Below, in pieces: positions 44,273 to 54,555 of a DNA stretch of 64,000 nucleotides. The notes under the pieces were generated by a model, which saw only the letters and a program-made list of their open reading frames with translations, did not search any database and had not been told where the DNA came from. Position 1 is the first letter of the stretch; each line of letters opens with the position of its first letter. The stretch comes from Myxococcota bacterium. Lineage in GTDB: Bacteria; Myxococcota_A; Polyangia; Nannocystales; Nannocystaceae. The stretch spans positions 96,001 through 160,000 of the forward strand of contig JBCCHT010000019.1 of assembly GCA_039028615.1 (NCBI GenBank), written 5' to 3'. The position numbers were made by a program, and so were the translations under genes.

Positions 44273-44568
44273 GGAGCTCTCCTGGGCGACCCGGCTGGCG
44301 GGAACGCGCGGAGCAGCATAACCGCCGGGCCACGCGAGCGGCAAACGGCGACGGCCGAGCCGGCCACCGAGCGCCCAGCCCTCCCAACGGGCCGGCACCC
44401 GGGCCCTTACGCGGCCTCGCAGGCCCTCGCGAGCGACTGGGGTGAAAACGGGAGCAACGGGCCGGTCCGGCCCCGCACCACGCGATTGGCCCCTACCTCA
44501 CGGACTGGGGTCAAAAACCCGGGTTTCGGGCCCGCAGCCCCACGCGAGCACGGGAGATCGTGTCGAGA

Positions 44569-45603
44569 TCAAGCGCTGGGACGCCGCACGAGCCATAACC
44601 CGGGCAACGCCACCAGGGCCGCCCCCACGAAGGTGAGGATGTACATCACGGCCGAAAAGCTCGGTCCGGGCCCCAGCAACTGCTCCTCGGTGAGAAACAG
44701 ACTGAGGGCCAGGCCCGCGCCGATCTGAAAGGTGCCCGCCTGGGCGGGGCCGCCGGGTAGCTGGATGCTCAGGCCCACGATGGCCACCACCGCTGCGGCC
44801 GCCGCCGCCCCCAGGTGGATCCCACAGCCGCGCAGCACGAGCCACAGCTGGAACGTGGTCAGCGCCCAATAGAAGAACGACCACCCCACCAGCGGCACGG
44901 CGCGACGCAGGTCGAGCACGGGGCGCACGGGCTCGGCCACGCGCACGACCAAGCCGGCCGCGCGAGACCCCAGCGCGCCGGGGACGATGCGACTCACCAC
45001 CGCGGCCACGCGATCGGGCACCGCCGCCGCGAGCAGCAAGACGAACAGGCCGACCACGAACAGCACCAGCATGCCGCGACCGACCGCCTGCACCTGGCCG
45101 AGTTCCCCGGTCACGTTCGAACTCAGCTCGGGCGCGAGGGCGAGGCCGCCGAAGAGCATCGCGCAGATCACCAGGCCATCGAGGATGCGCTCGGTGGCGA
45201 CGGCCGAGAGCGCCTCGGCGAACCCGACCCCGGGCTCGCGTGACCGCGCCAAGAGGATCGGCCGCGAGAACTCGCCGAGCTTGAGCGGCAGCACGATGAG
45301 CACGAAGAACGACACGAGCCCGCTGCCGTAGATCGCCGCCCGACTCATCCGCGGGCGAGCCCCGTCGGTGGCTGCTTCGACGACGGGGTCGAGCAAGTAC
45401 GACAGGCGCATCGCTCGGACCAACGCGTAGGGCACGTGCACGGCGAGGGCCAGCCCCACCAGCTCGGGCGCGGGCAGGCTGAGCTCATCCGGCCACAGCG
45501 GCAGCTGCTTGGACGCCAACCACAGAAACACTCCGCCTCCGACCAGCGATGCCAGCCAAGTCAGGGCACGACGACGTGCCGAGGTGGGAGCGGGTTCCTG
45601 CAT
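44569..45603 (-). CDS. Lysylphosphatidylglycerol synthase TM / flippase-like protein
   Basis: LPLKLGEFSR, ERILD, PGGPAQAGTFQ; polytopic. Confidence 0.85.
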   Translation of the reverse strand: MQEPAPTSARRRALTWLASLVGGGVFLWLASKQLPLWPDELSLPAPELVGLALAVHVPYALVRAMRLSYLLDPVVEAATDGARPRMSRAAIYGSGLVSFFVLIVLPLKLGEFSRPILLARSREPGVGFAEALSAVATERILDGLVICAMLFGGLALAPELSSNVTGELGQVQAVGRGMLVLFVVGLFVLLLAAAVPDRVAAVVSRIVPGALGSRAAGLVVRVAEPVRPVLDLRRAVPLVGWSFFYWALTTFQLWLVLRGCGIHLGAAAAAAVVAIVGLSIQLPGGPAQAGTFQIGAGLALSLFLTEEQLLGPGPSFSAVMYILTFVGAALVALPGLWLVRRPSA

Positions 45604-45690
45604 GCGAGGGGGCGCGTCGACGTTGTAGTCGGCGTCGGCGATTTGGCCAAGCGTAGGGGGGCACGACGAGCTGTTGTAGGCTGACCGGGA

Positions 45691-46749
45691 ATGGGGCTGG
45701 GAGCGGTACTGGGGTGGGCGTTGGCCTCACCCGTGGCATTCGTGACCCCGCCGGAGATCCCGCCCACCTCCGTCGAGCTGCGCTGGGAGACCGTCCCCTC
45801 GTGCCCGAGCCGCCAGCGCGTGCGCGAGGAGTTGGGCGCGCTGCTCGGCCCGGCTGCGCCCGCCGAGGCTCGAGCCCACGGGACCCTCCGCGGTCGGGAG
45901 GGGGCCTACGCACTCCAGCTGGAGATCGAGGTCGGCGAACGACGGGAGCAACGCCAGCTCGAGGCCGCCGACTGCACGCTGCTCACCCGGGCGGGCGTGC
46001 TGGTGATCGCGGTGACGGTCGACGCCCTGGCCGTCCGCGCGACGCTCGAGCCTCCGCCCGTGCAGGCGCCCAAGGGGCTGGTCCGCCCGACGCCAACCGA
46101 GCCGACGACAACCGACCAGGCCGAGGTGCCCGCGGCCTTCGCCGCACCACCCGCGGAAGACTCGGCCCCCGAGCCCCGATCCGCCGCCGCCGCGCCGCTG
46201 GGCCCCGCACCGACGAACGACGCGAAGCCGCCGACCCACGGCACGCTGGGCGCCAGCGCGGGTCTGGCCTGGGGTCTCAATCCCGCCCTCGCCGCGGGGG
46301 TGAGCGGAGAATTCGGCCTCGAGCGCGGGCCGCTGCAGCTGCTCGTGGCCGGCTACCACTGGTTTTCCCGCTCGACCCCGCAATCGGCACAGACCGGGGT
46401 CGAGGCGGCGCTGTCCGGGGGCCTTTTGCGAGGCTGCTTCGTCTGGTCCCGGGCGCGGTTTCGGTTTCCGTTGTGCGGCGGCATCGACCTGGCCGCCATG
46501 CACGGCGGTGGCGTGGGCACGGCCGTGCGGCGCCTCGATGTCGTGGACCTATGGGCGGCCGTGAGCGCAGGCGCGGGCCTGCGTGTCTCCGTCAGCCCGC
46601 GCTTTGCGCTGATGGCCCGGGTGGAGACCTCCTTTGCCCTGCGCCGCCCTGCGATGGCGCTTCTCGACGCGGAGACCTCCACCACCACCTTTCGCATGCC
46701 CGAAGTGGGGGTGCGCCTGACCACCGGGCCAATTTTTCGGCTGTGGTGA
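45691..46749 (+). CDS. Hypothetical exported protein with C-terminal beta-barrel-like region
   Basis: Signal, W..CPS..R.LEAADC domain, Pro linker, beta-rich C-terminus ending in W. Confidence 0.7.
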   Translation: MGLGAVLGWALASPVAFVTPPEIPPTSVELRWETVPSCPSRQRVREELGALLGPAAPAEARAHGTLRGREGAYALQLEIEVGERREQRQLEAADCTLLTRAGVLVIAVTVDALAVRATLEPPPVQAPKGLVRPTPTEPTTTDQAEVPAAFAAPPAEDSAPEPRSAAAAPLGPAPTNDAKPPTHGTLGASAGLAWGLNPALAAGVSGEFGLERGPLQLLVAGYHWFSRSTPQSAQTGVEAALSGGLLRGCFVWSRARFRFPLCGGIDLAAMHGGGVGTAVRRLDVVDLWAAVSAGAGLRVSVSPRFALMARVETSFALRRPAMALLDAETSTTTFRMPEVGVRLTTGPIFRLW

Positions 46750-46786
46750 AAGGGAAATCGCGTCCGGGCGGTGCAAGGTAGTCACG

Positions 46787-48016
46787 ATGGCCCCCGATCC
46801 ACCCGCTCGCCGCCCCGCCGAAGGGCTCGAAGCGATCTACCGCAAGCACCACGGCCTGGTCCGCTGGGTGCTGCGCGCCCGCGGGGTTCCCGAGGCGGCC
46901 CTCGACGACCAGGTCCACGAGGTGTTCGTCGCGATCTGCCGTCGCCTGCCCGAGCGCAACCCCGAGGTGCCCCTGCGGACCTGGGTCGCGGGCGTGGCCC
47001 GGAACGTGGGGTTCTCGCACCGACGCTCGGCCGCCCGGCGCAAGCGACAGACCGAGGGCCTGGCCCCCAACGACGACGCGCCGGTTCGGCCCGACGAGCT
47101 GTTCGAGCAGCGCGAAGCCTGGCGTGCCCTCGAGCAATTCCTCGAGGACCTCGGGCCTCGCCACCGTGAGGTCTTCGTGATGGTGGAGATGACCGGGATG
47201 CGGGTCAGCGAGGTCGCCGAGTCCATGGGGCTGCCTCCGAACACGCTGCACTCGCGGCTCAAGGTGGCGCGGACTCGGTTCTCGCAGCGCTTCGTGGAGC
47301 CCGACGAGACCCGGGCCGAGGTCGTTCGCCGAGCGAGACGCCGAGGGCATGCCTCGCCCGAGCAGCGTCGACGGACCTGGGGCCTCATCGTGGCGTCGAC
47401 GCGCGGCGGAGGCCTGCTGCCCGTCGCAAGTCCGCTCGCAGCCGCCCCCGCGAAGCTGGCCGCGCTGTTCGGCTCGCCCTGGCTCACCGGGTCGATGATC
47501 GCCACCGCGATCGTGATCGCGGGGGTGACCGTGTTTGCGAGCGAGGGACCCGAGCCGCCCCGTCACAAACACGAGACCGTCGCCTCGGCCGTCGAGTCGA
47601 AGGACGCTGCTGCACCGTCGGAAACTCCGGGCAACGAAGCCTTCGCGCCGCCCCCCATCGCCGCCCTCCCCTCTGAGCGCGTGGCCGATCCCTCTCGAAG
47701 CACGGTCGCCCAACCAGAGACCAAAGACCGCAAGCGCCCCGCTCAGAGCCCGAAACCAGCGACCGCCAACGACCCGCTCGCCACGACCGTCGCCGCCCTG
47801 AGCAAGGCTCGTAGCTTGCTCGCCGCCGGTCGTCCTCGCCCTGCGCTCGCGCGGCTCGACGCCCTGCCCTCCAACGTCGGGGCCCTCGAACGCGACCGTC
47901 GGCGGCTCGAGCTCGAGGCGCGATGTGCCCTCGGCGAGGACGCCAAAGCCCGCGGTGCCGCCCAGGCCCTCGCCCGCATGGGCGCCACCGTCGACACCGA
48001 ATCCCCCTGCGGCTGA
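46787..48016 (+). CDS. ECF sigma factor with long C-terminal TM and TPR-like extension
   Basis: DDQVHEVF, LRTWVAGVARN, EVAESMGLPPNTLHSRL; TM MIATAIVIAGVTVFA. Confidence 0.85.
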   Translation: MAPDPPARRPAEGLEAIYRKHHGLVRWVLRARGVPEAALDDQVHEVFVAICRRLPERNPEVPLRTWVAGVARNVGFSHRRSAARRKRQTEGLAPNDDAPVRPDELFEQREAWRALEQFLEDLGPRHREVFVMVEMTGMRVSEVAESMGLPPNTLHSRLKVARTRFSQRFVEPDETRAEVVRRARRRGHASPEQRRRTWGLIVASTRGGGLLPVASPLAAAPAKLAALFGSPWLTGSMIATAIVIAGVTVFASEGPEPPRHKHETVASAVESKDAAAPSETPGNEAFAPPPIAALPSERVADPSRSTVAQPETKDRKRPAQSPKPATANDPLATTVAALSKARSLLAAGRPRPALARLDALPSNVGALERDRRRLELEARCALGEDAKARGAAQALARMGATVDTESPCG

Positions 48017-48075
48017 ATCATGCCCACCACGAAAATAGTCTCGGGGTTGTCGCCCGCCGCGGTGCAAGACACAGC

Positions 48076-49170
48076 ATGAACAGACTATCGATGGTGCTCA
48101 CCTGCCTGGCGCTGGCCGCATGCGATCCTCCGCCGCAGCCCGCGGGTGAAGTGGAAGACACGGGCGGCGCGGATACCAACGACCCCGCCGATCCCAGCGC
48201 GCAGTGGTCGGCCCCGTTGGATCCCGGCGGGCTCATCTTGCACATGGAGGCCTCGGCCGAGCGCGTCGTCGTGGTGAACACCGGGGTCTATCCCGACACA
48301 TACACCACCGTCTCCGCCTATACCCCGAGCATGGAGCTCGACTGGCAGCTCGAGTTCGACGAGTTCACGGCCGGCGACTTCGTGGCCCTCGACGATGGCA
48401 GTTACCTGCTCTCCGGTGCCGAGGGGCCGATCGACGCCCAAGACCCCAGCGTCTTGCACCTGTCCTGCTGCGGTGAGTTCGAGCCCGCGTTCCTCAACCC
48501 CCAACCGGGGGGCGAATCGGGCAGCGCCTTTCTGGTCTCGCCCTACGCCGACGGCTATATGCTGGCGACGACCGGTTTCGAAGGCGGCATTTCGTTGGTC
48601 CTCGTGGACGCCGAGTTCAACTTCATCTGGGAGAGTGCGTTCTACGGCTACCCCTACGCGCTGGTGGAGGGACCCACCGGGGACCTCGTGATGCTCGGTG
48701 ACGTTGGCCCCGGGAACCTGATCCTGTGGGACGTCACCGACGAAGGCGTGGGCGTCGGCATGAGCCTCTCCGAACCCACCGCATTGCTGGGTCGGGGCGC
48801 CGACCTCACGCTGCTGGCGTCGGGGCTCGATCAGGTCGTGCTGCGCCCCTGGGGCGAGGACGACGCGGTCGCGCTCGCGATCCCCCAGCTCGATTTCGTC
48901 ATGCCCGAGTACACGGCAACCCGCGGGAACCATGTGGTCGTCGCCAACGCGGTCACCACCGACGCCGGTCTGGTGCGGCTCCAGGTCACCGAGGGCAACG
49001 ATGCGGGTGACGTCCTCCGCCGCGTGTTCATCGACGGCACCCCGGGCCAGCAGTATTTGTATGCGACCGCGGCCGCGGTCAGCGACGACGACGCGATCTA
49101 TGTCGTCACGCAAGAGGGGGTGAACGCGGGACCGGAGGTCGCGCTGCTGCACCGTATTCCGGCCCTGTGA
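48076..49170 (+). CDS. Hypothetical lipoprotein (beta-propeller-like)
   Basis: LAAC lipobox; acidic beta-rich body. Confidence 0.75.
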   Translation: MNRLSMVLTCLALAACDPPPQPAGEVEDTGGADTNDPADPSAQWSAPLDPGGLILHMEASAERVVVVNTGVYPDTYTTVSAYTPSMELDWQLEFDEFTAGDFVALDDGSYLLSGAEGPIDAQDPSVLHLSCCGEFEPAFLNPQPGGESGSAFLVSPYADGYMLATTGFEGGISLVLVDAEFNFIWESAFYGYPYALVEGPTGDLVMLGDVGPGNLILWDVTDEGVGVGMSLSEPTALLGRGADLTLLASGLDQVVLRPWGEDDAVALAIPQLDFVMPEYTATRGNHVVVANAVTTDAGLVRLQVTEGNDAGDVLRRVFIDGTPGQQYLYATAAAVSDDDAIYVVTQEGVNAGPEVALLHRIPAL

Positions 49171-49220
49171 GGGGGCGCGGGCGGCCTTCCCTTCGGTTTG
49201 CTGCTACAACCGCAGCCGCG

Positions 49221-49892
49221 ATGACCGAGATCCTTCCTTGCGTCGAGATCGAGCCGAAGGGCGGGGCCGCCCAGGGGGCCGTGGTGTGGCTGCACGGGCT
49301 GGGGGCCAACGGGCACGACTTCGAGCCCATCGTGCCGATGTTGCAGCGGCCGGAGCTGCGCTTCGTGTTCCCGCACGCGCCACCGATGCCGGTCACCATC
49401 AACCAGGGCTTCGTGATGCCGTCCTGGTACGACATCAAGACCCTCGAGCGCTCGCCCGACCGCGAGAGCGAGCCGGATATCCGCCGCTCCGCAAAGTATG
49501 TCGAGGCGCTGATCCAGCGCGAGCGGGAACGAGGTGTTCCGGCGGATCGCATCGTGCTGGCCGGGTTCTCGCAGGGCGCCGCCATGACCCTGCATGTGGG
49601 CCTCCGGCACCCCGAGACGCTGGCGGGGCTGCTGGTGCTCTCTGGCTACCACCTCGTCGCGAATACCTACGCGGCCGAGCGCAGCGAGGCGAACCTCGCC
49701 ACGCCCATGCTCATGTGCCACGGCACCCGCGACGACGTGCTCCCGATCGATCTGGGGCGCTCGGCTCGGGACTTCATGCAAGAGCAAATGCCGACCTCGG
49801 AGATCGAGTGGCACGAGTTTCCGATCGGGCACGAAGTCAGCGTGCCCGAGATCGAGATTGTGGCCGCCTGGTTCGCCAAGCGCTTCGGCTGA
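49221..49892 (+). CDS. Phospholipase/carboxylesterase
   Basis: WLHGLGA, MPSWYDI, GFSQG, HG..DDV, GHEV. Confidence 0.93.
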   Translation: MTEILPCVEIEPKGGAAQGAVVWLHGLGANGHDFEPIVPMLQRPELRFVFPHAPPMPVTINQGFVMPSWYDIKTLERSPDRESEPDIRRSAKYVEALIQRERERGVPADRIVLAGFSQGAAMTLHVGLRHPETLAGLLVLSGYHLVANTYAAERSEANLATPMLMCHGTRDDVLPIDLGRSARDFMQEQMPTSEIEWHEFPIGHEVSVPEIEIVAAWFAKRFG

Positions 49893-49950
49893 GTTCCCCT
49901 CCCCCCGCGCCCACGACAACCGTCGCGGGGTCGTGAGAGACTGACCGTCG

Positions 49951-51204
49951 ATGGATCGAATGTCGACGATGAACGCGACCGCACCGAAGGTCGTCCGCCA
50001 TGGGCTCGTCGGCGTATGCGGCTCCCTGGTGCTGGCGATGGGCTGCGGCCCCACCATCACGCCCCAGACCTCGGGCGCAGGGTCGGGCTCGGGCTCGGGC
50101 GCCGACTCCAGCGGCGCGGGCGTAGAGGAGACCGGGGCGGACTCGACCTCCGGGGCCGACGACAGCTCGGGCGAGATGGGCCTGGTGCCCTGCTTTGCGC
50201 GGCTGTCGACCCTCTCCGCGACCACCATGATCGCGCTGAACGTCGATGACGACGGCTATGCCGATCTGCTGACCGGCAGCTTCGGGGTGGGGTTCGGCAA
50301 CGCCGTCGACATCCAGCTCAACAGGGGCGACTCGTGGACCATCCTCGGCAGCTTGGGCGGAGGAGAGTTTGCCCGCTTCGTCCCCTTCGACGAAGACCTC
50401 GATGGCTTCAGTGACATCGCGTTCTACGATCCGCCCGCCGAGCCGGCGCTGCTGCGCAACGTCGGGGCGAGCTTCGCCGATCCCGAGCCGCTGGCCGAGC
50501 CGTGGATCGACGCGCTGTGGGTCGACCTGAACGCCGACGGTACCAACGATGTCGTGCGGTTCGTCGATGAAGTGCAGATCAGCACCTACCAACGGGAGGC
50601 CGACGGCACACCCACCCCGTTGACCACCACCGAGTTCGAGCCCCCGGACGCGGGCATGGACCCCGTGTGCCCGCCGTGGAGCCTGATCGGCGGCACGGCC
50701 AGCTTCAACACACCGCATGCCGTGCGTCGCTACTCCCGCTGCTGTGAGCGCCGCTGCGAGTACGAGTCGCAGATCTTCGCGATCGAAGACGGCGTGCCCA
50801 GCCTCGTCGCGACCTACGACGGCCCCGCCGCGCGCTGGCTCGGCGATTTCGAGGGCGATGGACAGCTCGAGCTCATCACGCCCGAAGGCCTGGTCGACAA
50901 CGTGGTGGATGGCGGGCTCGTGCAGCGCATGAACCTCGAGACCTCCGACTGGGCGGTGGGCGACCTCGAGCCCGATGGGCTGCTCGATCTGGTGGTGAAT
51001 ACCCACCCAGGCTCCGGCACCGACGACCCGCCGATGAGCGCGGTGCGGTTCGGCGCCGACGAGTGGATGATCTCGTACGAGCTCGAGGGGCGCCGCCCCG
51101 GGCCCATCGCCGACTACGATGGCGACGGAGACCGCGACCTCATCCTCGAGGGGTGGGAGCCGGGCAACCCGGTCGTCATCGAGTTCGACCAGTGCCCGCC
51201 CTAG
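49951..51204 (+). CDS. FG-GAP/VCBS repeat lipoprotein
   Basis: AMGC lipobox; repeated DxDxDGxxD motifs. Confidence 0.82.
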   Translation: MDRMSTMNATAPKVVRHGLVGVCGSLVLAMGCGPTITPQTSGAGSGSGSGADSSGAGVEETGADSTSGADDSSGEMGLVPCFARLSTLSATTMIALNVDDDGYADLLTGSFGVGFGNAVDIQLNRGDSWTILGSLGGGEFARFVPFDEDLDGFSDIAFYDPPAEPALLRNVGASFADPEPLAEPWIDALWVDLNADGTNDVVRFVDEVQISTYQREADGTPTPLTTTEFEPPDAGMDPVCPPWSLIGGTASFNTPHAVRRYSRCCERRCEYESQIFAIEDGVPSLVATYDGPAARWLGDFEGDGQLELITPEGLVDNVVDGGLVQRMNLETSDWAVGDLEPDGLLDLVVNTHPGSGTDDPPMSAVRFGADEWMISYELEGRRPGPIADYDGDGDRDLILEGWEPGNPVVIEFDQCPP

Positions 51205-51210
51205 GGCGCG

Positions 51211-51576
51211 TCAGCCGATGCCCCCCAGCGCGCCCGCGATCACCACGAGCAGCACCGCGATGAGCAGCGCGGCCAAGAAGAACTTGGCGATGATGGCGAT
51301 GACCGAGATCGTCAGGCCCAGCGCGGCAATGCGGACCGGCTCGCGGCGCGCCAGCGCGACGATGCCCGACAACGTCCCCAGGATGCCGAACACGAGCGAC
51401 GCGAGCAGGAAGGGGTCGTCCTTCGGCGTCTCGAAGAAACGCTCGACGACATCACCGCTGAGCAAGACCCACAGGGCCAGCCCCAGGGCGACGAGGCCGA
51501 AGCCGAGGCTGCTCCAGGCGGCATAGGGCTTGGCGTCGGGTTCGGGGCTGGGCTGGTTCATCGGCTCGTCTCTCAT
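51211..51576 (-). CDS. Small multi-TM membrane protein
   Basis: Hydrophobic helices; ATGA overlap with the sheath gene stop. Confidence 0.65.
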   Translation of the reverse strand: MRDEPMNQPSPEPDAKPYAAWSSLGFGLVALGLALWVLLSGDVVERFFETPKDDPFLLASLVFGILGTLSGIVALARREPVRIAALGLTISVIAIIAKFFLAALLIAVLLVVIAGALGGIG

Positions 51577-53120
51577 GATATCTGGGTCTGCTGGGAAAAC
51601 CGAAGGACCACGAACTCGGCCGGCCTGACGGGGGCGATGCCGACGTCGAGGATCAGCACGCCCTGCGCGCGGGTCTGTGGCGGGTTGTTGTTCTCGTCGA
51701 CCGTGACGAAGAAGGCATCGCTCGCCTTTGTCCCCCACAGCGCCCCCTCCTGCCACAGGCCGGTCAGGAAGGAGGACACATCCGCGTGCAGCCGGGCCCG
51801 GGTTCGCTCGTCGTTGGACTCGAAGGCCACCCACTGCATGCTCTGCCGAATGCTCTGCTCGACATACAGCACCAACCGGCGAACGTTGACGTACACCCAG
51901 TCCAGCTCCCGAGACAGCGTCCGAGCGCCCCAGATCACTTCACCGTAGCCCGGCATAGTGCGCAGAGCATTGACGCCCTCGGGATTGAGCCGCTGCCCCT
52001 GCTCGTCGGTCACGTCGGTTTCGAATCCGCTCGCCAGCTGCAGCTGGCCATCGGTGACACCCGCGGGGGCCTTGTAGACCCCGACGTTGGTGTCGGTCGC
52101 CGCATAGCGTCCCAGCACCATGCCATCGGCCGGCACCAGGAGTGCCCGAGACGTCGTCGGGTGCAGCTGCCAAACCCAGGGGTAGTAGAGCGCCCCGAAG
52201 CCGGAGTCGAGCGGCTTCGCCCCGGGGCCGTAGCGCCCTTGCCGAAAATGCAGCACCTCGTCGACATCGAGGCCCGAGGGCGACGCGACCACCAGGAACA
52301 AACGCTGCGACTCCTGGCAATAATCCAGGGCGTCTCGGATGAGCGCCCCGTGAGCGGCCGAGTCGGCCTTGCCGTCCCCATCGACCGTGAGCGGAGCGTC
52401 GGGCAGGGCCAGCAGGCTGATGTCGTGGAACTCGTCGAGCGTTCGCACGGATTTCGACACGTCGCCGTCGGGCTCGGTGCCCCCGCTCAGCGTGGCCTCG
52501 CGCGAGTCCTCGGCAAGGGCCGCTTCCAAGCTCTCGACGCGAACGAACATCGACGTGTCGGTGACCTTCGCGGCCGCCAGGGCACCAGAACCACCGTCGA
52601 GCGCGTGTGATTCCAGCACGGTGTAGTCCTTGCCATCGTGAGCAACGGTCGGGCACCCGTTGCGTCGAGCGAACTGCGCCATGCGCCGCGCCGACAGCCC
52701 GGCGTCGTCCGCCTGGAGCAATGATGTCTCGACCAGGACGTCCAGCGAGGTCGTCGGTCCCTCGCCACTGAGCGAGACGCTCAGTGCATTGCCCCAGACT
52801 CCGGGCCCAGACGCGGTGACCTCGAACGCTCCCACCGTCGCCCGGGCCGCGGCCCCGTTCCCGTCGCTCGAGCGGACCACGTAGCAAATCGCTCCTCCGC
52901 TCGCGAAGAAGCCGTAGACCGCCCACGCGGTGAAGCTCGACCACCCAAGACCGCCGAAGGTCCGCGTGAACTCGTTCCAGCTCGTGACCAGGGTCGGCGT
53001 GTCCACGGGGCCGCTGTGTGTCGCGCCCACGAAGGCGGCCACGCTGGTGCTCGCGCCTTGGATCATGGTCTGCGATGGCACTTCGCTGATGTAGACGCCG
53101 GGGTACGAGGGACTCACCAT
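51573..53120 (-). CDS. Contractile tail sheath protein (eCIS/phage-like), orphan
   Basis: YPGVYISEV, STSVAAFVG, GALYYPW, KAPAG, LNPEGVN, WGARTL, YVNVRR, GIAPVRPAEFV. Confidence 0.92.
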   Translation of the reverse strand: MVSPSYPGVYISEVPSQTMIQGASTSVAAFVGATHSGPVDTPTLVTSWNEFTRTFGGLGWSSFTAWAVYGFFASGGAICYVVRSSDGNGAAARATVGAFEVTASGPGVWGNALSVSLSGEGPTTSLDVLVETSLLQADDAGLSARRMAQFARRNGCPTVAHDGKDYTVLESHALDGGSGALAAAKVTDTSMFVRVESLEAALAEDSREATLSGGTEPDGDVSKSVRTLDEFHDISLLALPDAPLTVDGDGKADSAAHGALIRDALDYCQESQRLFLVVASPSGLDVDEVLHFRQGRYGPGAKPLDSGFGALYYPWVWQLHPTTSRALLVPADGMVLGRYAATDTNVGVYKAPAGVTDGQLQLASGFETDVTDEQGQRLNPEGVNALRTMPGYGEVIWGARTLSRELDWVYVNVRRLVLYVEQSIRQSMQWVAFESNDERTRARLHADVSSFLTGLWQEGALWGTKASDAFFVTVDENNNPPQTRAQGVLILDVGIAPVRPAEFVVLRFSQQTQIS

Positions 53121-53159
53121 CGTCCCCGATCGTACGCACCGCGGTGCGGCGGAACCACG

Positions 53160-53192
53160 AAAAAGCCGGCCGCGGTCGCCCGGGCCGGCTTT
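53160..53192 (-). terminator. Intrinsic terminator after metK
   Basis: AAAGCCGGCC..GGCCGGCTTT stem with T5 tail on minus strand. Confidence 0.8.
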
Positions 53193-53247
53193 CATTCGGC
53201 GCTGCACGGCCCGTGAAGGGCCGCAAACGCGATTGAGGACGTGCTCC

Positions 53248-54411
53248 CTAGAGCTCGGCCTTGAGGGCGTCGACGCGATCGCGGCGCTCCCAGTTGAAGC
53301 CGGCCTCGTCCTCGCGACCGAAGTGGCCGTAGGCCGCGGTGTTGCAGAAGATCGGCTTGAGCAGGTCGAGCTCGGCGATGAGGCGACCGGGGCGGGCGTC
53401 GAAGTGCTTGTCGACGATCTCGCTGAGGCGCGCGTCGGGGACCTTGCCGGTACCGAAGCTCTCGACGCGGATCGACACGGGCTTGGCCACGCCGATGGCG
53501 TAGGCGAGCTGGACCTCGCAGCGGGTGCAGAGCCCGGCGGCGACGAGGTTCTTGGCGATGTAGCGCGAGTAGTACGCGGCGGAGCGGTCGACCTTGGAGG
53601 GGTCCTTGCCCGAGAAGGCACCGCCGCCGTGACGACCCATGCCGCCGTAGGTGTCGACGATGATCTTGCGACCGGTGAGGCCGGAGTCACCCATGGGGCC
53701 GCCGATGACGAAGCGACCGGTCGGGTTCACGAAGTAGTTGGTGTTCGCGTCGAGGAGGTTCGTGGGGATGGTCGGCTTGATGACCTCCTCCATGATGAAC
53801 TCCTTGAGCGTGTCGTAGCTGACGTCCTCGCTGTGCTGCGTGGACACGACGACCGCGTCGACGCGCTGCGGCATGCCGTCGTCGCCGTACTCGACGGTGA
53901 CCTGGCTCTTGCCGTCCGGGCGAAGGAAGCTCTCTTTTTCCCGCTTGCGCACGTAGGTGAGCCGCCGGGTGAGCTTGTGCGCCAGGCTGATGGGCATCGG
54001 CATCAGCTCGTCGGTCTCGGTGCAGGCATAGCCGAACATCATGCCCTGGTCGCCCGCGCCCTGCTCGTCGGTGTAGACGCCCTTGCCGTCGACGCCGAGG
54101 GCGATGTCGGGGCTCTGGGCCTCGAGGGCCACGAGCACGCCGCAGCTGTCGGCGTCGAAGCCCATCTCCGAGCTCGTGTAGCCGATCTCGCGGATGGTCT
54201 TGCGCACGATCTCGGGCAGGTTGACGTAAGTGCTGGTCGTGACCTCGCCCGCCAGGTTGACGTAGCCGGTCTTCACCAGGGTCTCGCAGGCGACGCGACA
54301 AGTGGGGTCTTCGGCGATGATCGCATCGAGGACCGCATCGCTGATCTTGTCGCAGATCTTGTCGGGATGGCCTTCGGTTACGGACTCGCTGGTGAACAGG
54401 CTGCGCGACAT
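53248..54411 (-). CDS. metK: S-adenosylmethionine synthetase
   Basis: [44 protein letters not shown]. Confidence 0.97.
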   Translation of the reverse strand: MSRSLFTSESVTEGHPDKICDKISDAVLDAIIAEDPTCRVACETLVKTGYVNLAGEVTTSTYVNLPEIVRKTIREIGYTSSEMGFDADSCGVLVALEAQSPDIALGVDGKGVYTDEQGAGDQGMMFGYACTETDELMPMPISLAHKLTRRLTYVRKREKESFLRPDGKSQVTVEYGDDGMPQRVDAVVVSTQHSEDVSYDTLKEFIMEEVIKPTIPTNLLDANTNYFVNPTGRFVIGGPMGDSGLTGRKIIVDTYGGMGRHGGGAFSGKDPSKVDRSAAYYSRYIAKNLVAAGLCTRCEVQLAYAIGVAKPVSIRVESFGTGKVPDARLSEIVDKHFDARPGRLIAELDLLKPIFCNTAAYGHFGREDEAGFNWERRDRVDALKAEL

Positions 54412-54555
54412 GACGACGAATCTCCTCAGCTCGAAAACATGCGGTGGGAAGGCGGCGCGTGAGTGTGAAAGACGCGCTCCGGCTCCACCGGAAGCGGGAC
54501 AATAGGCCGCGGTCCGGCGCAGGGGCAAGACGCGAAACCGACCCCGCGCCGTGCG

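Noticed and set aside
51573..53120. Prophage
   Set aside because: No integrase, capsid, terminase or other phage genes in the window
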